Source: an uncultured bacterium
Lineage (GTDB): Bacteria > Patescibacteriota > Minisyncoccia > Phycocordibacterales > DATDWN01
Length of the DNA: 64,000 bases
Direction: 5' to 3'
NCBI GenBank assembly: GCA_903861205.1
Contig: CAIOTC010000016.1
Location: forward strand, 10,243 to 74,242
Below, one piece after another: positions 17,825-27,119 of this stretch (the stretch's first letter is position 1; each line of letters opens with the position of its first letter). Below the pieces are notes generated by a model. The model did no database searches, had not been told where the DNA came from, and saw only the letters and a program-made list of their open reading frames with translations. The position numbers and the translations under genes are program-made.

Positions 17825-18307
17825 ATGTATAATGACGCCATGGTCTTTGACCCGCTTATTTTGATATATGTGCTGGGAGCAATCATCATTTTGTTGCTCG
17901 GTTTCATTTTGCGCCTAGAAATCAAACTGCGACGACTCTCAGCGGGCAAAAACGGCAAATCGCTCGAGGACACCATTTTGGAAGCGCACAAAGCCATCGG
18001 CGATCTGCACGAGTTCCGCAAAGATTCGATCGAATATTTCAAAGACGTCGAAAAAAGATTGTCGCGAAGCATTCAGGCAGTGGAGACAATTCGCTTCAAC
18101 CCATTCAAGGGCACGGGCGAGGGTGGCAGTCAGAGTTTTTGCACGACATTTTCGAACGAGCGAGGCGATGGAGTGGTCATTTCCAGCCTTTACTCGCGCG
18201 ATCGCGTGAGCATCTTTTCAAAGCCGCTCCAAAAATTCGAAAGCACGTTTGAACTGACGCCGGAAGAAGCAGAAACGTTGGAGACAGCGAGAAAGAATCT
18301 TCAATAA
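17825..18307 (+). CDS. DUF4446-like membrane-anchored protein
   Basis: N-terminal TM then IRFNPFKGTGEGGSQSFCTTFSNERGDGVVISSL. The family assignment is from memory of DUF4446 architecture. Confidence 0.4.
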   Translation: MYNDAMVFDPLILIYVLGAIIILLLGFILRLEIKLRRLSAGKNGKSLEDTILEAHKAIGDLHEFRKDSIEYFKDVEKRLSRSIQAVETIRFNPFKGTGEGGSQSFCTTFSNERGDGVVISSLYSRDRVSIFSKPLQKFESTFELTPEEAETLETARKNLQ

Positions 18308-18420
18308 TTTTCAAGTAACAATTTTCAATTTCCAATAAATTTTTCAATGTCACAATGTTTCAATTGAAGAATTGTTTTATTGCTTCATTCATTGGAAATT
18401 GGAAATTGGAAATTTTTTAA
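18301..18420. repeat. AT-rich palindromic intergenic repeat (same family as 1121-1254)
   Basis: Shares the exact 24-mer caatttccaataaatttttcaatg (18326-18349) and inverted cattggaaattggaaattggaaat. Confidence 0.6.
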
Positions 18421-18425
18421 ATGCC

Positions 18426-19925
18426 ATGGTTACAACAGAATCGAACACAAAAACAGAACGCTCTCCGGTCGTGGCCATCATGGGTCATATTGATCATGGA
18501 AAAAGTACCATTCTCTCTTTCATTCGCAAGAACACCAAGGAGCTAAACGAAGCGGGTGGCATTACTCAACACGTCTCTGCTTACGAGGTCACTCACACTG
18601 ACGAATCCGGCGCCGTGCGCAAAATCACTTTTCTGGACACACCCGGTCATGAGGCTTTTTCCGGCATTCGCCGACGCGGGGCAAAGGTGGCCGACATTGC
18701 CGTACTGGTTGTTTCAGCCGAGGATGGCGTCAAACCGCAAACGCTCGAAGCGCTCAAATCAATTACCGACAGCAAAACACCCTACGTTGTAGCCATAAAC
18801 AAAATCGACAAACCGGATGCCAGCGTCGAACGAACAAAGCAATCGTTGGCCGAAAATTCAATATTCGTCGAAGGTTACGGCGGAGACATTCCGGTGGTGT
18901 CAGTTTCCGGAAAAACCGGCGAGGGCATCGGCGAGCTACTCGACATGATCTTGCTCGTGGCGACCATTTCAGAGCTCACCGGCGACCCTTCCCTGCCCGG
19001 CCAAGGCGTCATCATCGAAAGCAATCGCGACATAAAAAAGGGCATCTCGGCCGTCTGCGTTATCAAAAACGGCACTTTGAAAAAAGGAACTTTCATCGCC
19101 TCAAGCGGTGCTGTCGCCCCCGTGCGAATCATGGAAAATTATTTGGGCGAGCAAATTTCGGAGACGTCATTTTCCAGTCCGGTCAGAATTATCGGCTGGG
19201 ACAATTTGCCTATTGTCGGCAGCGAATTTATGACATTTGATACTCGCGAAGAAGCTACCAGCTACGCAAATAATGAAAAAAATAAAGCACAAGCTACAAC
19301 TGCGACAGAAAGAGATTCAGAGCACAAAATTCCACTCATCGTCAAAGCTGACACCAGCGGAAGCCTTGAAGCTGTCTTGCAAGAAATAAAAAAAATGGCG
19401 AACGATCGCGTTGGCGCGCAAGTTATTTTCTCCGGCATTGGAGAAATTTCGGAAAGCGATGTTAAACTGGCGGGCGGTTCGCAAAAAGCCGTGGTCATTG
19501 GTTTTAACACCAAAGTCAGTTCACTAGCCAAGCAAGTAGCCGAGAGATCCGAAATCCAGGTTGAAACATTCACCATTATTTACAAAATGAGCGAGTGGCT
19601 TTCGGAATTTCTGACAACGCAGACGCCGAAAAAATCAGTCGAGGAATCAACCGGCGAAGCAAAAGTTCTGAAAATTTTCAGCAAAATAAAAGACAAGCAA
19701 ATAATCGGATGTCGAGTGGAGACCGGATCCATTTCCGTTGGCTCCATTTTCAAAATCAAACGCCGCGACGAGGAAATCGGTCAGGGAAAAATAAAAGGAT
19801 TGGAATTGCAAAAAAACAAAACCGACCAAGTGAGCGAAGGCAAAGAATGCGGAGTGATGGCGGAAGCCAAAATCGAAATCGCCCCTGGAGATAAGATTGA
19901 AAGCTTTATTATTGTTGAAAAATAA
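18426..19925 (+). CDS. infB: Translation initiation factor IF-2 (compact form lacking the long N-terminal region)
   Basis: G domain GHIDHGKSTIL, DTPGHEAF, NKIDK. ATG at 18426 (MVTTESN); the track ORF starts at an upstream alternative start, 18372. Confidence 0.9.
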   Translation: MVTTESNTKTERSPVVAIMGHIDHGKSTILSFIRKNTKELNEAGGITQHVSAYEVTHTDESGAVRKITFLDTPGHEAFSGIRRRGAKVADIAVLVVSAEDGVKPQTLEALKSITDSKTPYVVAINKIDKPDASVERTKQSLAENSIFVEGYGGDIPVVSVSGKTGEGIGELLDMILLVATISELTGDPSLPGQGVIIESNRDIKKGISAVCVIKNGTLKKGTFIASSGAVAPVRIMENYLGEQISETSFSSPVRIIGWDNLPIVGSEFMTFDTREEATSYANNEKNKAQATTATERDSEHKIPLIVKADTSGSLEAVLQEIKKMANDRVGAQVIFSGIGEISESDVKLAGGSQKAVVIGFNTKVSSLAKQVAERSEIQVETFTIIYKMSEWLSEFLTTQTPKKSVEESTGEAKVLKIFSKIKDKQIIGCRVETGSISVGSIFKIKRRDEEIGQGKIKGLELQKNKTDQVSEGKECGVMAEAKIEIAPGDKIESFIIVEK

Positions 19926-20020
19926 ATTTAGTTGAATAAGTTTAAAAAGTTGAATAAGGAAATGCAAGAAACTTATACAACTTATTAAACTAAAGCGAAG
20001 CGTAACTTATTAAACTTGCC

Positions 20021-20341
20021 ATGAGCATACGAAACGAAAAAATTACCGGAATAATTCGCGACCTGGCCGCGCGTTTTTTGGAAGAGGAAAACAACGGCTC
20101 GTCACTCATTACCGTCACGTCCGTGGAGCTGTCAAAAGACGCCAAATATGCTACCATTTTATTTACGGTATTTCCCGATTCGCATCAGAAAACCGCGCTT
20201 GAATTCGCCAAGCGAAAACGCAGCGATTTCAAGAAATATGTCCGTGACAATTCAACTCTCGGCCGAATTCCACTGTTCGATTTCGCAATCGATTTCGGCG
20301 AAAAAAATAGGCAAAAAATAGACGGGTTGTTGAATCAGTAG
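20021..20341 (+). CDS. rbfA: Ribosome-binding factor A
   Basis: Conserved position after infB. RbfA-like 106 aa (RDLAARFLEEE...ITVTSVELSKDAKYATILFTV). Confidence 0.75.
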   Translation: MSIRNEKITGIIRDLAARFLEEENNGSSLITVTSVELSKDAKYATILFTVFPDSHQKTALEFAKRKRSDFKKYVRDNSTLGRIPLFDFAIDFGEKNRQKIDGLLNQ

Positions 20342-20374
20342 ATATTGTTAGACACTGAGTGTCTAACAAATTAA

Positions 20375-20446
20375 GGCCTGGTAGCCAAGTAGAAAGGCGT
20401 TCCTCTGCAAAAGGAATATGCGCGGGTGCGATTCCCGCCCAGGCCT
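20375..20446 (+). tRNA. tRNA-Cys (GCA)
   Basis: Acceptor ggcctgg/ccaggcc, anticodon loop ctGCAaa, T-arm gcgggtgcgattcccgc, discriminator U. CCA is not encoded. Confidence 0.75.
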
Positions 20447-20477
20447 CAGAAAAAGCAAAACTTTTTCTAACAAGTTT

Positions 20478-20559
20478 GCCCGAGTGGCGGAATTGGCATA
20501 CGCGCACGACTTAAGATCGTGTTCCGAAAGGAATGTGGGTTCGATGCCCACCTCGGGCA
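20478..20559 (+). tRNA. tRNA-Leu (TAA)
   Basis: Acceptor gcccgag/ctcgggc, E. coli-like D-arm tggcggaattggcatacgcg, anticodon stem cacga/tcgtg with loop ctTAAga, long variable arm ttccgaaaggaa, T-arm gtgggttcgatgcccac. The anticodon loop is uninterrupted, so there is no intron. Confidence 0.8.
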
Positions 20560-20612
20560 CTTTGAAAAGAAAAACTGTAAATGAAAATTTCTTTAAGATA
20601 TGGACTCATGAA

Positions 20613-21302
20613 ATGAGTTATGTTTTAGGCTATGTTGCGGCAGATGGATGTATATTCAAAGATAAAACAAGAGAAAATTCTTGGGTTTTTACTATAACCT
20701 CAAAAGACAAAAGCCATTTATATAAAATTAAAAAAGTATTAAGTTCAGAATATAAAATTTCTCAAAAACCAAACGGTACGGGTGGCATAGCTTACCATAT
20801 ACAGATTCGTAATAATACCCTTTGTAAAGATTTGTTAAATCTTGGTATTACACCCAAAAAAACTTACGATTTGAAACCACTTTTAATACCAACAAAATTT
20901 TTAAGTGATTTTGTACGTGGCTTTTTTGATGGCGATGGAAGTGTATATATTTATGAGGTTAATAATACACCACAAATCAAACTTGGATTTGTTAGTGTAA
21001 GCCTACCTTTTATTAAAGATTTAAATGATAAACTTTGTAAAAAATTAAAGATACCTCTCAAAATAATCCACTCTTATGAAATGAGTGGAAGAGCAACTAA
21101 ATACACTGTTGATTTTTATGTAGATGATAGTAAAAAATTTTACAAATATATTTATGGTAACGAACCAACCATTTATCTTTCTAGAAAAAGAAAAATATTT
21201 GAAAAATGGAATCGAATAAATAGAAGGTCTTATTCTAAAAAATCATATCCGTCTAAAATAGGATGGCACCTGAATTCAAGTAATGTAGAAATTACAAAAT
21301 AA
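20613..21302 (+). CDS. LAGLIDADG-family homing endonuclease (two-motif, free-standing between tRNA genes)
   Basis: MSYVLGYVAADGCIF (motif 1) and VRGFFDGDGSVYI (motif 2). The track ORF from 20418 overlaps both upstream tRNAs, so the start was trimmed to ATG 20613. Confidence 0.8.
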   Translation: MSYVLGYVAADGCIFKDKTRENSWVFTITSKDKSHLYKIKKVLSSEYKISQKPNGTGGIAYHIQIRNNTLCKDLLNLGITPKKTYDLKPLLIPTKFLSDFVRGFFDGDGSVYIYEVNNTPQIKLGFVSVSLPFIKDLNDKLCKKLKIPLKIIHSYEMSGRATKYTVDFYVDDSKKFYKYIYGNEPTIYLSRKRKIFEKWNRINRRSYSKKSYPSKIGWHLNSSNVEITK

Positions 21303-22943
21303 TTATGCTATAAATATATTATTGCACCCGTAGCTCAGCAGGTAGTAGCAGCTCGCTCTTAACGAGACGGTCGTTGGTTCGATTCCAACCGGGTGCACCA
21401 TAGTAGAATTTGGAGTATCAATTAGCTGTTTTAGCGTGTAAATATGGGCTGTTTTTGTGGTTCCAAATGCCGAATAGTCGTATAAAACGCCTTCTGGAAA
21501 AATCATCTCTTGAAACTTAATCTTATCGGTCAGTTTTACCTCGTACCAAAGCTTGTAAATGTTGACCATAAAGTACAGGCAGTAGTTGACGCAAGTTTCC
21601 ACATCAAATTCCTCGATCTGCAAGTCATTCCGGTTTAATCGGAGTACGGTTATTTTTTCTTTGATGCGATCCAGCTCCTCTTTGGCCGTCTCACTATCAA
21701 AGACATTTTGTTTGGTTAATTCAACGACTCTCACTTTCTCCTCCTCAACTTTCTCAATGTTCCGGTCGATGGTAGCTATGTCGGTATTGAGTTCAGTGTG
21801 CTTGCCTTCCCAATAATCAATAATTAAAGATCGGAACATGCCCATTTCCTCTTTCTTGGGAGCAAGCCGAGTAAGAAATTCCATGAAATGTTCCTCGAAC
21901 ACTTCTTTCTTGACGCTTTTCTTGTGGCACTTGGCACAGTGGTAATAGGCATAGCGACCGCCCAGCTGGCCTCGTGACCAGCTTCCGGTAAATCTGCCAC
22001 CGCACACGCACCGGGCAGTCACTCGGAGAGGAAAGTCTGGATTGAGTGCGCGTTTCGGATGGTTGGTGAGTCGGCCACTTTTAGTGCGTATATAAAACTG
22101 GACCCGTTCAAATAGTTCGGTAGTAATCAACGGCTCAAACACGCCCTGGTTTTCTTTGCCTTTATGCATGAAGGTGCCAGTATAGATTTTGCTTCGAAGC
22201 ATTTTGTGGATGACCTGCTGTCTGATTTTATTTCCTTTACCAGTAGTGAATCCTAACTGATTGGCCATTCTGGTGATCTCCGACTCTTTGTAAATTCCTT
22301 TGGCGTATTCCTCAAAAAGTTTTTTCACCATCGGCGCACGTTCCGGATCGGGTACGATAGTTTTATATCCGCCCGGCTTCATGACATTGTTATAGCCAAC
22401 CGGGGCGACCCATGAAATCTCTCCTTTGCTCACTCTTTTATTTATGCCGTCTTTGGTGCGTTCGCTTTTGGCATCGTTATCAAACTGGGCAAACGAGGCC
22501 ATGACGTTTTCCAAAAGTTTGCTCGTGGAGTTGTCACCGCCGATCGGTTCGGTCACCGAGTAAATTCTCACGCCATACTGGCTTAAGAGGGACCGGATCG
22601 CGACGTGGTCGGCCATGTTCCGGGCAATGCGATCTATTTTGTAAATTAGGACGGCATCTACTTTGCCTTTGTGTGTTCGGCAGTATTCCAAAAGTCTCAC
22701 TAGAGCTTTCCTATTCATGGTCTTGGCCGATTCACCGGCATCGATGAATGGTTCGCAGGCCAGTTTGAAGTGATGGTCAATAACCCATTTTCTGGAGAGA
22801 TCGACTTGCGACTCCAAGCTGAAGTTATGCTTGGCCTGTTCCTCGGTGGAGACACGTGCATAAATCACCGCTCGCATCGTTGTATTTTTTTGTTCAATCT
22901 GCTCATTCATAGGTTTTTCTTTGAAAGGGCTCGGCAACAACAC
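21303..22943 (-). CDS. Large serine recombinase (phage-integrase type)
   Basis: N-terminal resolvase catalytic block AVIYARVSTEEQ...SLESQ, a recombinase domain, and the zinc-ribbon CVCGGRFTGSW...YYHCAKCHKKS. The last about 25 codons are antisense to tRNA-Lys. Confidence 0.8.
   Translation of the reverse strand: MLLPSPFKEKPMNEQIEQKNTTMRAVIYARVSTEEQAKHNFSLESQVDLSRKWVIDHHFKLACEPFIDAGESAKTMNRKALVRLLEYCRTHKGKVDAVLIYKIDRIARNMADHVAIRSLLSQYGVRIYSVTEPIGGDNSTSKLLENVMASFAQFDNDAKSERTKDGINKRVSKGEISWVAPVGYNNVMKPGGYKTIVPDPERAPMVKKLFEEYAKGIYKESEITRMANQLGFTTGKGNKIRQQVIHKMLRSKIYTGTFMHKGKENQGVFEPLITTELFERVQFYIRTKSGRLTNHPKRALNPDFPLRVTARCVCGGRFTGSWSRGQLGGRYAYYHCAKCHKKSVKKEVFEEHFMEFLTRLAPKKEEMGMFRSLIIDYWEGKHTELNTDIATIDRNIEKVEEEKVRVVELTKQNVFDSETAKEELDRIKEKITVLRLNRNDLQIEEFDVETCVNYCLYFMVNIYKLWYEVKLTDKIKFQEMIFPEGVLYDYSAFGTTKTAHIYTLKQLIDTPNSTMVHPVGIEPTTVSLRASCYYLLSYGCNNIFIA
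21324..21400 (+). tRNA. tRNA-Lys (CTT), CCA encoded
   Basis: Acceptor gcacccg/cgggtgc, anticodon loop ctCTTaa, T-arm gttggttcgattccaac, then a-cca. It lies entirely inside the 3' end of the opposite-strand recombinase ORF. Confidence 0.75.
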
Positions 22944-22949
22944 ACTATG

Positions 22950-23174
22950 CTATCCCTCGGCACAAGCCAAGCTAATGTTACCCACAATGCTAAACCGGTA
23001 AGTAATCTCGATAGACACCTTGACCAAAACTGGATGCCTCTTTCGTTCGTGCCATACGTCGAACATGAAAGCGGCCATTTGGTAGTATTGGTTTCGCATG
23101 AGCTCAATTTCTTTGTCGCTTTTTGAAGCGTAGGATTTTGGCAGTAATTTTCTGCAAGCGTTGATCGTTAACAT
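22950..23174 (-). CDS. Hypothetical protein (74 aa) in phage-like cluster
   Basis: Same strand as, and contiguous with, the recombinase cluster. Confidence 0.3.
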   Translation of the reverse strand: MLTINACRKLLPKSYASKSDKEIELMRNQYYQMAAFMFDVWHERKRHPVLVKVSIEITYRFSIVGNISLACAEG

Positions 23175-23178
23175 ATAT

Positions 23179-23721
23179 TTATTTTATCTTTCCTTCCGCT
23201 ACCCAGTGCAAAACTTTCTCTTTGACCTCTTTTGAGTACTGGTCTCTGGAAAGTCGTAGTCGCATTTCGTACGGGATAAGATTCCAACGGTCTTCATGAG
23301 ATAGCTCTGCCAATTCCTGTTCGCTCACATGAATGGTTTCTTTCGGCTTGCCCTCGACTCGATCCAAAATCTCTTTGATAGCGGCCAACTTTACCCCGTC
23401 ACTAGAGCTACCCATCAGAGCTACGAGCATCTCGTTGGCTAGACGGAAATTCTGCTCTCTAATTCTTGCCCCGGCTCGGCGGACAACAGCCATTGTCTCA
23501 GTATGGATTTGATCCATTTCCTCCTCGTACATGCGATAGGCTTCATGTAATGTTCCAGCTTCTTTGAACCAGTCTTTGACACTTTGCTCGGTAAACTTGG
23601 CATTTCTACTTTTTGGCCCCTTCTTATTAAGAGTTTCGGCAATGCTTTGGTATGAATTACCTTTGTACTTCAGCTCAAATGCCAATTTGTGGTACTCAGA
23701 TAGATGTTTAATTCTTGGCAT
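23179..23721 (-). CDS. HTH DNA-binding protein (possible terminase small subunit or regulator), phage-like
   Basis: N-terminal HTH-like NSYQSIAETLNKKG, then a coiled-coil-rich remainder. Confidence 0.3.
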   Translation of the reverse strand: MPRIKHLSEYHKLAFELKYKGNSYQSIAETLNKKGPKSRNAKFTEQSVKDWFKEAGTLHEAYRMYEEEMDQIHTETMAVVRRAGARIREQNFRLANEMLVALMGSSSDGVKLAAIKEILDRVEGKPKETIHVSEQELAELSHEDRWNLIPYEMRLRLSRDQYSKEVKEKVLHWVAEGKIK

Positions 23722-23732
23722 AAAAAGTTGGG

Positions 23733-23945
23733 TTAAGTAGACCTTTTTAGGTGGTTATATCTATCAACCACGAGAATAATCGGCCTACTGGTGATTTTCT
23801 CGATAACATAATTAGTGGCAGACATTCTGACTCTCTCGTCTCTGCTATTTAGAAGTGAGATCATCGTCTCGGCCGCTTTGACTAAGTTTTTCTCGAATAT
23901 TTCATCGGATTGTTCTATCGGTGTTTTGCGTTGTGATTTTTTCAT
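23733..23945 (-). CDS. Hypothetical protein (70 aa)
   Basis: Small ORF inside the phage-like gene string. Confidence 0.3.
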   Translation of the reverse strand: MKKSQRKTPIEQSDEIFEKNLVKAAETMISLLNSRDERVRMSATNYVIEKITSRPIILVVDRYNHLKRST

Positions 23946-23953
23946 AGATTTAA

Positions 23954-24736
23954 TTATTGGTTAGTTTGTAATAAGAAATTAAAATACGCACCTTTCTTTT
24001 GGATCGACCTCTCCGGACTATCTCTCATCAGCTTGTATATTTGCTCGAGCTTCATCAGTCCATATTTCTTGAGAGCCGAAAGCATAAAGCTCATGTCTGT
24101 CTCCTCGAGGTATCGGGCGATCTCCAGACAACGTTCCTCTTCAAAGGTTCTAGGACTAAAACTTCTTACGGGACGACGACTCGATCGATTGTTTTTGTTT
24201 TCTTTCTCGTTATCGTTCTTAGGACTTCTGCCGAACGAACTTTTTTGATTGAATGAAAACCGCTCTACCAAAGCACTTTTATCACTTTCCAACTTCTGCC
24301 GAACATCACCGACTTCTGTCGGCACTTCTGCCGGTGATTGCTGGTCTATATCATTCTCACTTCTGCCGGACTTCTGTTTGCGACAGTGTTCAAGGTCTGT
24401 AAATGTGCCATTGGATAAAGGATAATTGGCAATATCCACATGGAAGGAACTTCTGCGACCTTGCTGTCCGGTAAACCATATCCACTCCTTACGTTTAAGG
24501 TTCAGCATCAATCGGTTGATGTGATTTTTGGAATACTTTTCTTTGAAATCTTTTGAAAGACCAGCGTAGCTCACATGAGCTTTGCCGTTCCGAGGATTGG
24601 CATTGATCCAAAGCCAGACGAGCACGGAGTATTCCTCAAACCGCAAATAGCCGTCTATAAGGGCGGTCTTTATGCTTCGAGGAAGCTTTACATAATCGTT
24701 ATTGTCTATTTCGAATGGTAGATTTTCCATATTCAT
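23954..24736 (-). CDS. Hypothetical protein, possible winged-helix replication or regulatory protein
   Basis: N-terminal wHTH-like region (YLRFEEYSVLVWLWINANPRNGKAHVSYAGLS...INRLMLNLKRKEWIWF), then a low-complexity Ser/Arg/Lys linker. Confidence 0.3.
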   Translation of the reverse strand: MNMENLPFEIDNNDYVKLPRSIKTALIDGYLRFEEYSVLVWLWINANPRNGKAHVSYAGLSKDFKEKYSKNHINRLMLNLKRKEWIWFTGQQGRRSSFHVDIANYPLSNGTFTDLEHCRKQKSGRSENDIDQQSPAEVPTEVGDVRQKLESDKSALVERFSFNQKSSFGRSPKNDNEKENKNNRSSRRPVRSFSPRTFEEERCLEIARYLEETDMSFMLSALKKYGLMKLEQIYKLMRDSPERSIQKKGAYFNFLLQTNQ

Positions 24737-24755
24737 ATTCCATGTTGGACCGGTT

Positions 24756-25016
24756 TTAGCTCATGGCATCGTTATACATGAGCGACTTCAGCTCTTTGAT
24801 TGCCGTCACGAACGATTTAGCGTTGACCTCGACTAAACCAGCAAAGAAAGCACTTACGAGCTGGGGGCGATCGGGTTCATTGGTAAAAATAAAATGAAAC
24901 CGGCGCGAATCGGCTTTGTCTATGCCCAGCAACTTATATCCCTTGGCCACAAGAAAAGCGGCCGCGTAGAAGTCGCTAGTAGTAAAATTTTTATCAGTTA
25001 CATTTTTCATACTCAT
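24756..25016 (-). CDS. DUF5659-like small phage-associated protein
   Basis: SDFYAAAFLVAKGYKLLGID...RFHFIF resembles the DUF5659 consensus as I recall it. Confidence 0.35.
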   Translation of the reverse strand: MSMKNVTDKNFTTSDFYAAAFLVAKGYKLLGIDKADSRRFHFIFTNEPDRPQLVSAFFAGLVEVNAKSFVTAIKELKSLMYNDAMS

Positions 25017-25020
25017 TGCT

Positions 25021-25058
25021 TATAAATTAAAAAACAGACTGCTTTCTTTCAGTCTGCT
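25021..25058 (-). terminator. Rho-independent terminator (cagactg / cagtctg stem, T-run on the minus strand) after ORF 25092-25802
   Basis: ggagagcagactgaaagaaagcagtctgttttttaattt read on the minus strand. Confidence 0.55.
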
Positions 25059-25091
25059 CTCCGGTCGCTGATTCACTTTTGATTCACCGAT

Positions 25092-25802
25092 TCACTTTGA
25101 GTGATTGACCCATACTCTGCCCGCATTCCACTTAAAGAGTTTCTCTATGCCGAGATTTTGCTTAGCTTTTTTATTCACAGCAAGCATGGCGTCATAGACG
25201 CTTCGCTTCGTATCTCTTGCCCAGTCGATCATATCTAGAATGTCTATTTCCTTTACCGGTGTACCTAATGCAACGCTGAACATTTTCCTGCAGAGGAAGT
25301 ATTGATTGGTGTTAATGGGTATCTGGCATCGAATACTACCAAAAAGAATTTGACCGGTTTCCTCGTTAAACTGCAGTTTACCTGTCACTGGTTTGTCTGC
25401 ACGACTAGGAATGACTTCCGCTTCGAGGTCGGAGAGATATTTGAGCAGGACGTTTTTGGCTGGCTTGGATATGACGAATCCGTCCTGATCCTGACGATAA
25501 TTAAGTATGGCCTTTATCTTTTTTAAGTCCTTGATGACCTGCTTTTGCTGTTCAATGCCAAAACCCGGGTAATAGAAATTAATAATTACCTTATCTACTC
25601 TGACTCCGGCATCTATACCAATACGTACCTGCTCAATCAGGTCTTTAATAAAAACTAATTTTCCATGCTCTTTTTTCATTTTCATTTTTGAGAGTGAATA
25701 AGGTCTATTTTTTAGCCTCCATTCACTAATCCTTGCATCATGTCTAAAACCCTTGCATTCCCTTACTTTATGCATTATAATGCTTGTACTGGACAAAAAC
25801 AA
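25092..25802 (-). CDS. Hypothetical protein (236 aa)
   Basis: No motif recognised. It is the last minus-strand gene of the phage-like block. Confidence 0.35.
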   Translation of the reverse strand: MFLSSTSIIMHKVRECKGFRHDARISEWRLKNRPYSLSKMKMKKEHGKLVFIKDLIEQVRIGIDAGVRVDKVIINFYYPGFGIEQQKQVIKDLKKIKAILNYRQDQDGFVISKPAKNVLLKYLSDLEAEVIPSRADKPVTGKLQFNEETGQILFGSIRCQIPINTNQYFLCRKMFSVALGTPVKEIDILDMIDWARDTKRSVYDAMLAVNKKAKQNLGIEKLFKWNAGRVWVNHSK

Positions 25803-25831
25803 GGTATTCTGTCCAACACAAGTAAAATAAT

Positions 25832-27115
25832 ATGCTTAAAAACATAGTTTCTAACCAAAAACTGCAAAAAGAGCAACTTTTAACTCTTTCGTATATAGGC
25901 CGAACCAAAGAGCCATTTGCTAGAAAATGGCTGGATTCAAATTTAATAAAAGTTGTTTTGGGACCTCGCCGAGCTGGGAAATCGGTATTTTCTCTTATGC
26001 TCTTAAGGGATCGTCCGTTCATGTATTTCAACTTTGATGATGAGGTGTTGTCGAGTGCAGGCGGAATAGCCACCGATGAATTAATGAAAGAACTGCACGC
26101 CGCGTATGGCCAAGTGAAAACCGTTCTGTTTGATGAAATACAAAATCTTCCAAATTGGGAACTCTTTGTTAACCGGCTACACCGGGAAGGATACAATCTC
26201 GTACTCACCGGATCGAACGCACATCTCCTCTCAAAAGAACTCGCCACGCATTTGACCGGCAGACACATGCCGATAGAAATACTGCCGTTTGATTTCAATG
26301 AATTTCTCCGCGCAAAGAAGTTTCAAATAAACGAAGAGTACATTGCTCTACCGCAACAGCGCGGCGAGCTTTTAAATCTCATGGAAAACTATCTTGTCAA
26401 CGGCGGATTTCCTGAAGTGGCGGTTAATAACGTTGATCCTAAAGATTATCTTGAAGTCTTGTTTGATGCTTTGGTTTTCAAAGATGTGGTTAAAAGGCAC
26501 AGGGTTAAATTTTCGACTCAAGTAGCAAATTTGGGAGGACATTTAATAAACAATTTTGCAAATCTATACACAATACGAAAGATTCTTGAAATTCTAAATT
26601 TAAAGAGCGCATCCACTATAGAGAAGTACATAAAATACTTAGAAGAAGCATACCTCATATTTTCTCTGCTCCGGTATTCGCCAAAATCCATACAACGGAT
26701 AAAGTCTCCCCGAAAAGTGTACGCAGTCGACAACGGTTTTATAACCGCAAAAGCAATTCAACACTCTCCGGACAAAGGCAAACTCATGGAGAATCTTGTT
26801 TTTACCGAGCTGGTAAAACGAGGAGTGAAGCCAAATCGGGAACTGTTTTACTACAAAACCCGAAATGACAAGGAGATTGATTTTGTTGTAAAAAAAGGGA
26901 CGGAAGTAACCGAATTGATACAGGTATGCTACGAGTCCATAAATTCTGACGTTGAGCAGAGAGAAACAAAGGCGTTAGTTGAAGCAAGCGGCGAATTAAA
27001 AGTAGAAAAACTTACCGTACTTACCTGGGATGAAAAGCGAGAGATAAAAAGGGACGGCAAAGTAATACAGCTCATACCTCTCTGGGAATGGTTGCTTGAA
27101 GAGACTCAAAAATAA
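25832..27115 (+). CDS. AAA-type ATPase with DUF4143-like C-terminal domain
   Basis: Walker A VVLGPRRAGKS, Walker B VLFDEIQ. The overall layout matches the widespread ATPase/DUF4143 family. Confidence 0.65.
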   Translation: MLKNIVSNQKLQKEQLLTLSYIGRTKEPFARKWLDSNLIKVVLGPRRAGKSVFSLMLLRDRPFMYFNFDDEVLSSAGGIATDELMKELHAAYGQVKTVLFDEIQNLPNWELFVNRLHREGYNLVLTGSNAHLLSKELATHLTGRHMPIEILPFDFNEFLRAKKFQINEEYIALPQQRGELLNLMENYLVNGGFPEVAVNNVDPKDYLEVLFDALVFKDVVKRHRVKFSTQVANLGGHLINNFANLYTIRKILEILNLKSASTIEKYIKYLEEAYLIFSLLRYSPKSIQRIKSPRKVYAVDNGFITAKAIQHSPDKGKLMENLVFTELVKRGVKPNRELFYYKTRNDKEIDFVVKKGTEVTELIQVCYESINSDVEQRETKALVEASGELKVEKLTVLTWDEKREIKRDGKVIQLIPLWEWLLEETQK

Positions 27116-27119
27116 ATTT

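Noticed and set aside
20418-20612. 5' extension of the LAGLIDADG ORF given by the ORF track
   Set aside because: The extension is translated across tRNA-Cys and tRNA-Leu(TAA). The first ATG after the tRNAs (20613, MSYVLGYVAADG) gives a normal LAGLIDADG N-terminus.
20478-21302. Group I intron in tRNA-Leu(TAA) carrying the LAGLIDADG ORF
   Set aside because: The tRNA-Leu(TAA) anticodon loop (cttaaga) and the whole cloverleaf are continuous, so there is no interruption at the classic U34/A35 site. The endonuclease gene starts 54 nt after the intact tRNA.
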